From Lingula anatina (Eukaryota; Animalia; Brachiopoda), in contig CM120647.1 of assembly GCA_051362555.1 (NCBI GenBank), positions 5,022,001 through 5,086,000 of the forward strand: a stretch of DNA of 64,000 bases, read 5' to 3'. The notes beneath the pieces are model-generated. The model had not been told where the DNA came from and ran no database searches. It saw only the letters and a program-made list of their open reading frames with translations. The position numbers and the translations under genes were made by a program. Below are positions 62,766-64,000 of the stretch, piece after piece (position 1 is the stretch's first letter; the number at the start of each line of letters is the position of its first letter).

Positions 62766-64000
62766 TGTTTACATTATGTGTCGCCAATTTGGAAAAAAAA
62801 TTGATAAAAGAGAAATCATGCACCTATATGCCTAATATATGAGGAGTGAATATCAGCTTATTAAAATTCTGCTTACTCTAAAGACATGTTTTAGTCCCAT
62901 GTTGGATCATCAGGATCCTTTAATTCCCTCTTCTTCAGCATCTTCCTCCTCTTCCATCTGCACTTCTTCCAGTTCAGGCATACCATAGGAAAAAGTTACC
63001 TTGATACTGCAACCAAAAAAAAAAAAGCAACAGTACATAAAATAAGATAATCGAGTTTGAGAAAAATTATGTAAAAACATAACTGAAATAAGTATAAAAC
63101 TCAACTGAAATAAGTATAAATGCCATTTTTCTCAATATGATCACCTTAAATTATCTAGACTGTCATCTTCAACTGCACTAGTATTAACTACAACTTAATT
63201 TTGAAGTTTCTTGATCACTTCATATTGGTTTAATCTCCGAAATACTGGTTGGAAGTTCAAATTGTATGATCTAAATTATTACTCTGGACTATTTAATACA
63301 TTAGAGAGATGTACCAAACATAAACATGCAATATCCCCTTTCTGATTTATTTATTTTTAATGTAAAAAGGAGACAAATTGTCTTTAAAATATAAAATCAA
63401 AATACTACTATTTATTTTCACTTATAGTTGACATGCCATTTAACATTGGGTTAAACTTAGATACAATAACAGCTTCTGCACATTCATTTTGGGATTTAGA
63501 TGCCTAAAGAAATAGCATCTTTGTCATATGTCTTAATTACTGTGGTATGCCTAGATGTTAGAGGCACAAGAAATGTGCCCTCGGTAAGTCAAAAATTCGC
63601 CCTGGTCATTGTAATGTATATGTAATGAGACTAGTATCTCCCACCATGTCCGTTTTTATTTAAACTTTCTTTGCTCTATAAACTAACCCAAACCCTGTCA
63701 GAGTCGACATATGAGCAACACTTGCAATTTCTGTCATCGATACCACTCATATTAGTTACAATTTCATGGCATATTTTGACAGACGAGCCTGACAATCGTT
63801 AAGATATACAACGAACACACGTAAATAAACATAAATCTCTGTGCTTAATAAATATTTTCACTGGTGCCTTATCTCAAAGATTATTGTAAATGGTACTCAC
63901 AAATCCAGTAAATACTTCGCGGCCAGGCCATTCTTCGTATCCATGGCCACCCAAGCAGGTTTTCATCTGCCTTCTTCCTCGCCGGTGTTTATTGTTTGCC

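Larger units (their letters stand above)
59237..64000 (-). mobile_element. Probable decayed Kolobok-type DNA transposon, running off the window
   Basis: TTAA followed by an AGGGACA terminus. Minus-strand exon remnants FLTFECCLQDIF, FSTQP..HAG and acidic EEE..PDDPTWD resemble Kolobok transposase segments. The other end is not visible. Confidence 0.4.

Overview
AT-rich animal genomic DNA with spliceosomal introns; the species cannot be identified from the sequence. (1) A tandem array of two-exon genes encodes sarcoplasmic calcium-binding protein (SCP)/aequorin-fold EF-hand proteins. Unusually, they carry a separately encoded N-terminal signal-peptide exon and a conserved N-glycosylation sequon, so they look secreted. 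There are four complete genes, one intact exon 2 whose exon 1 is not seen in the window, and two pseudogene copies. (2) A 16.9-kb Maverick/Polinton (10351-27295; AGTAGT termini, TATGGG 6-bp target-site duplication) is inserted into the array. Its integrase, penton, basic core protein, major capsid and adenain ORFs are intact. Its intron-containing pPolB is broken and 3'-truncated, and no packaging ATPase is visible. It also carries a BIR (IAP) protein, a stand-alone SPOP-like BACK protein, a spliced type I membrane protein gene and a nested, internally deleted ISL2EU transposon. (3) The right part is a transposon graveyard: three Tc1 copies, Harbinger- and EnSpm-like MITEs, RTE and CR1-group LINE fragments, a probable decayed Kolobok, and a minimal Penelope-type hammerhead ribozyme. 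All calls come from reading motifs by eye; no searches were run.
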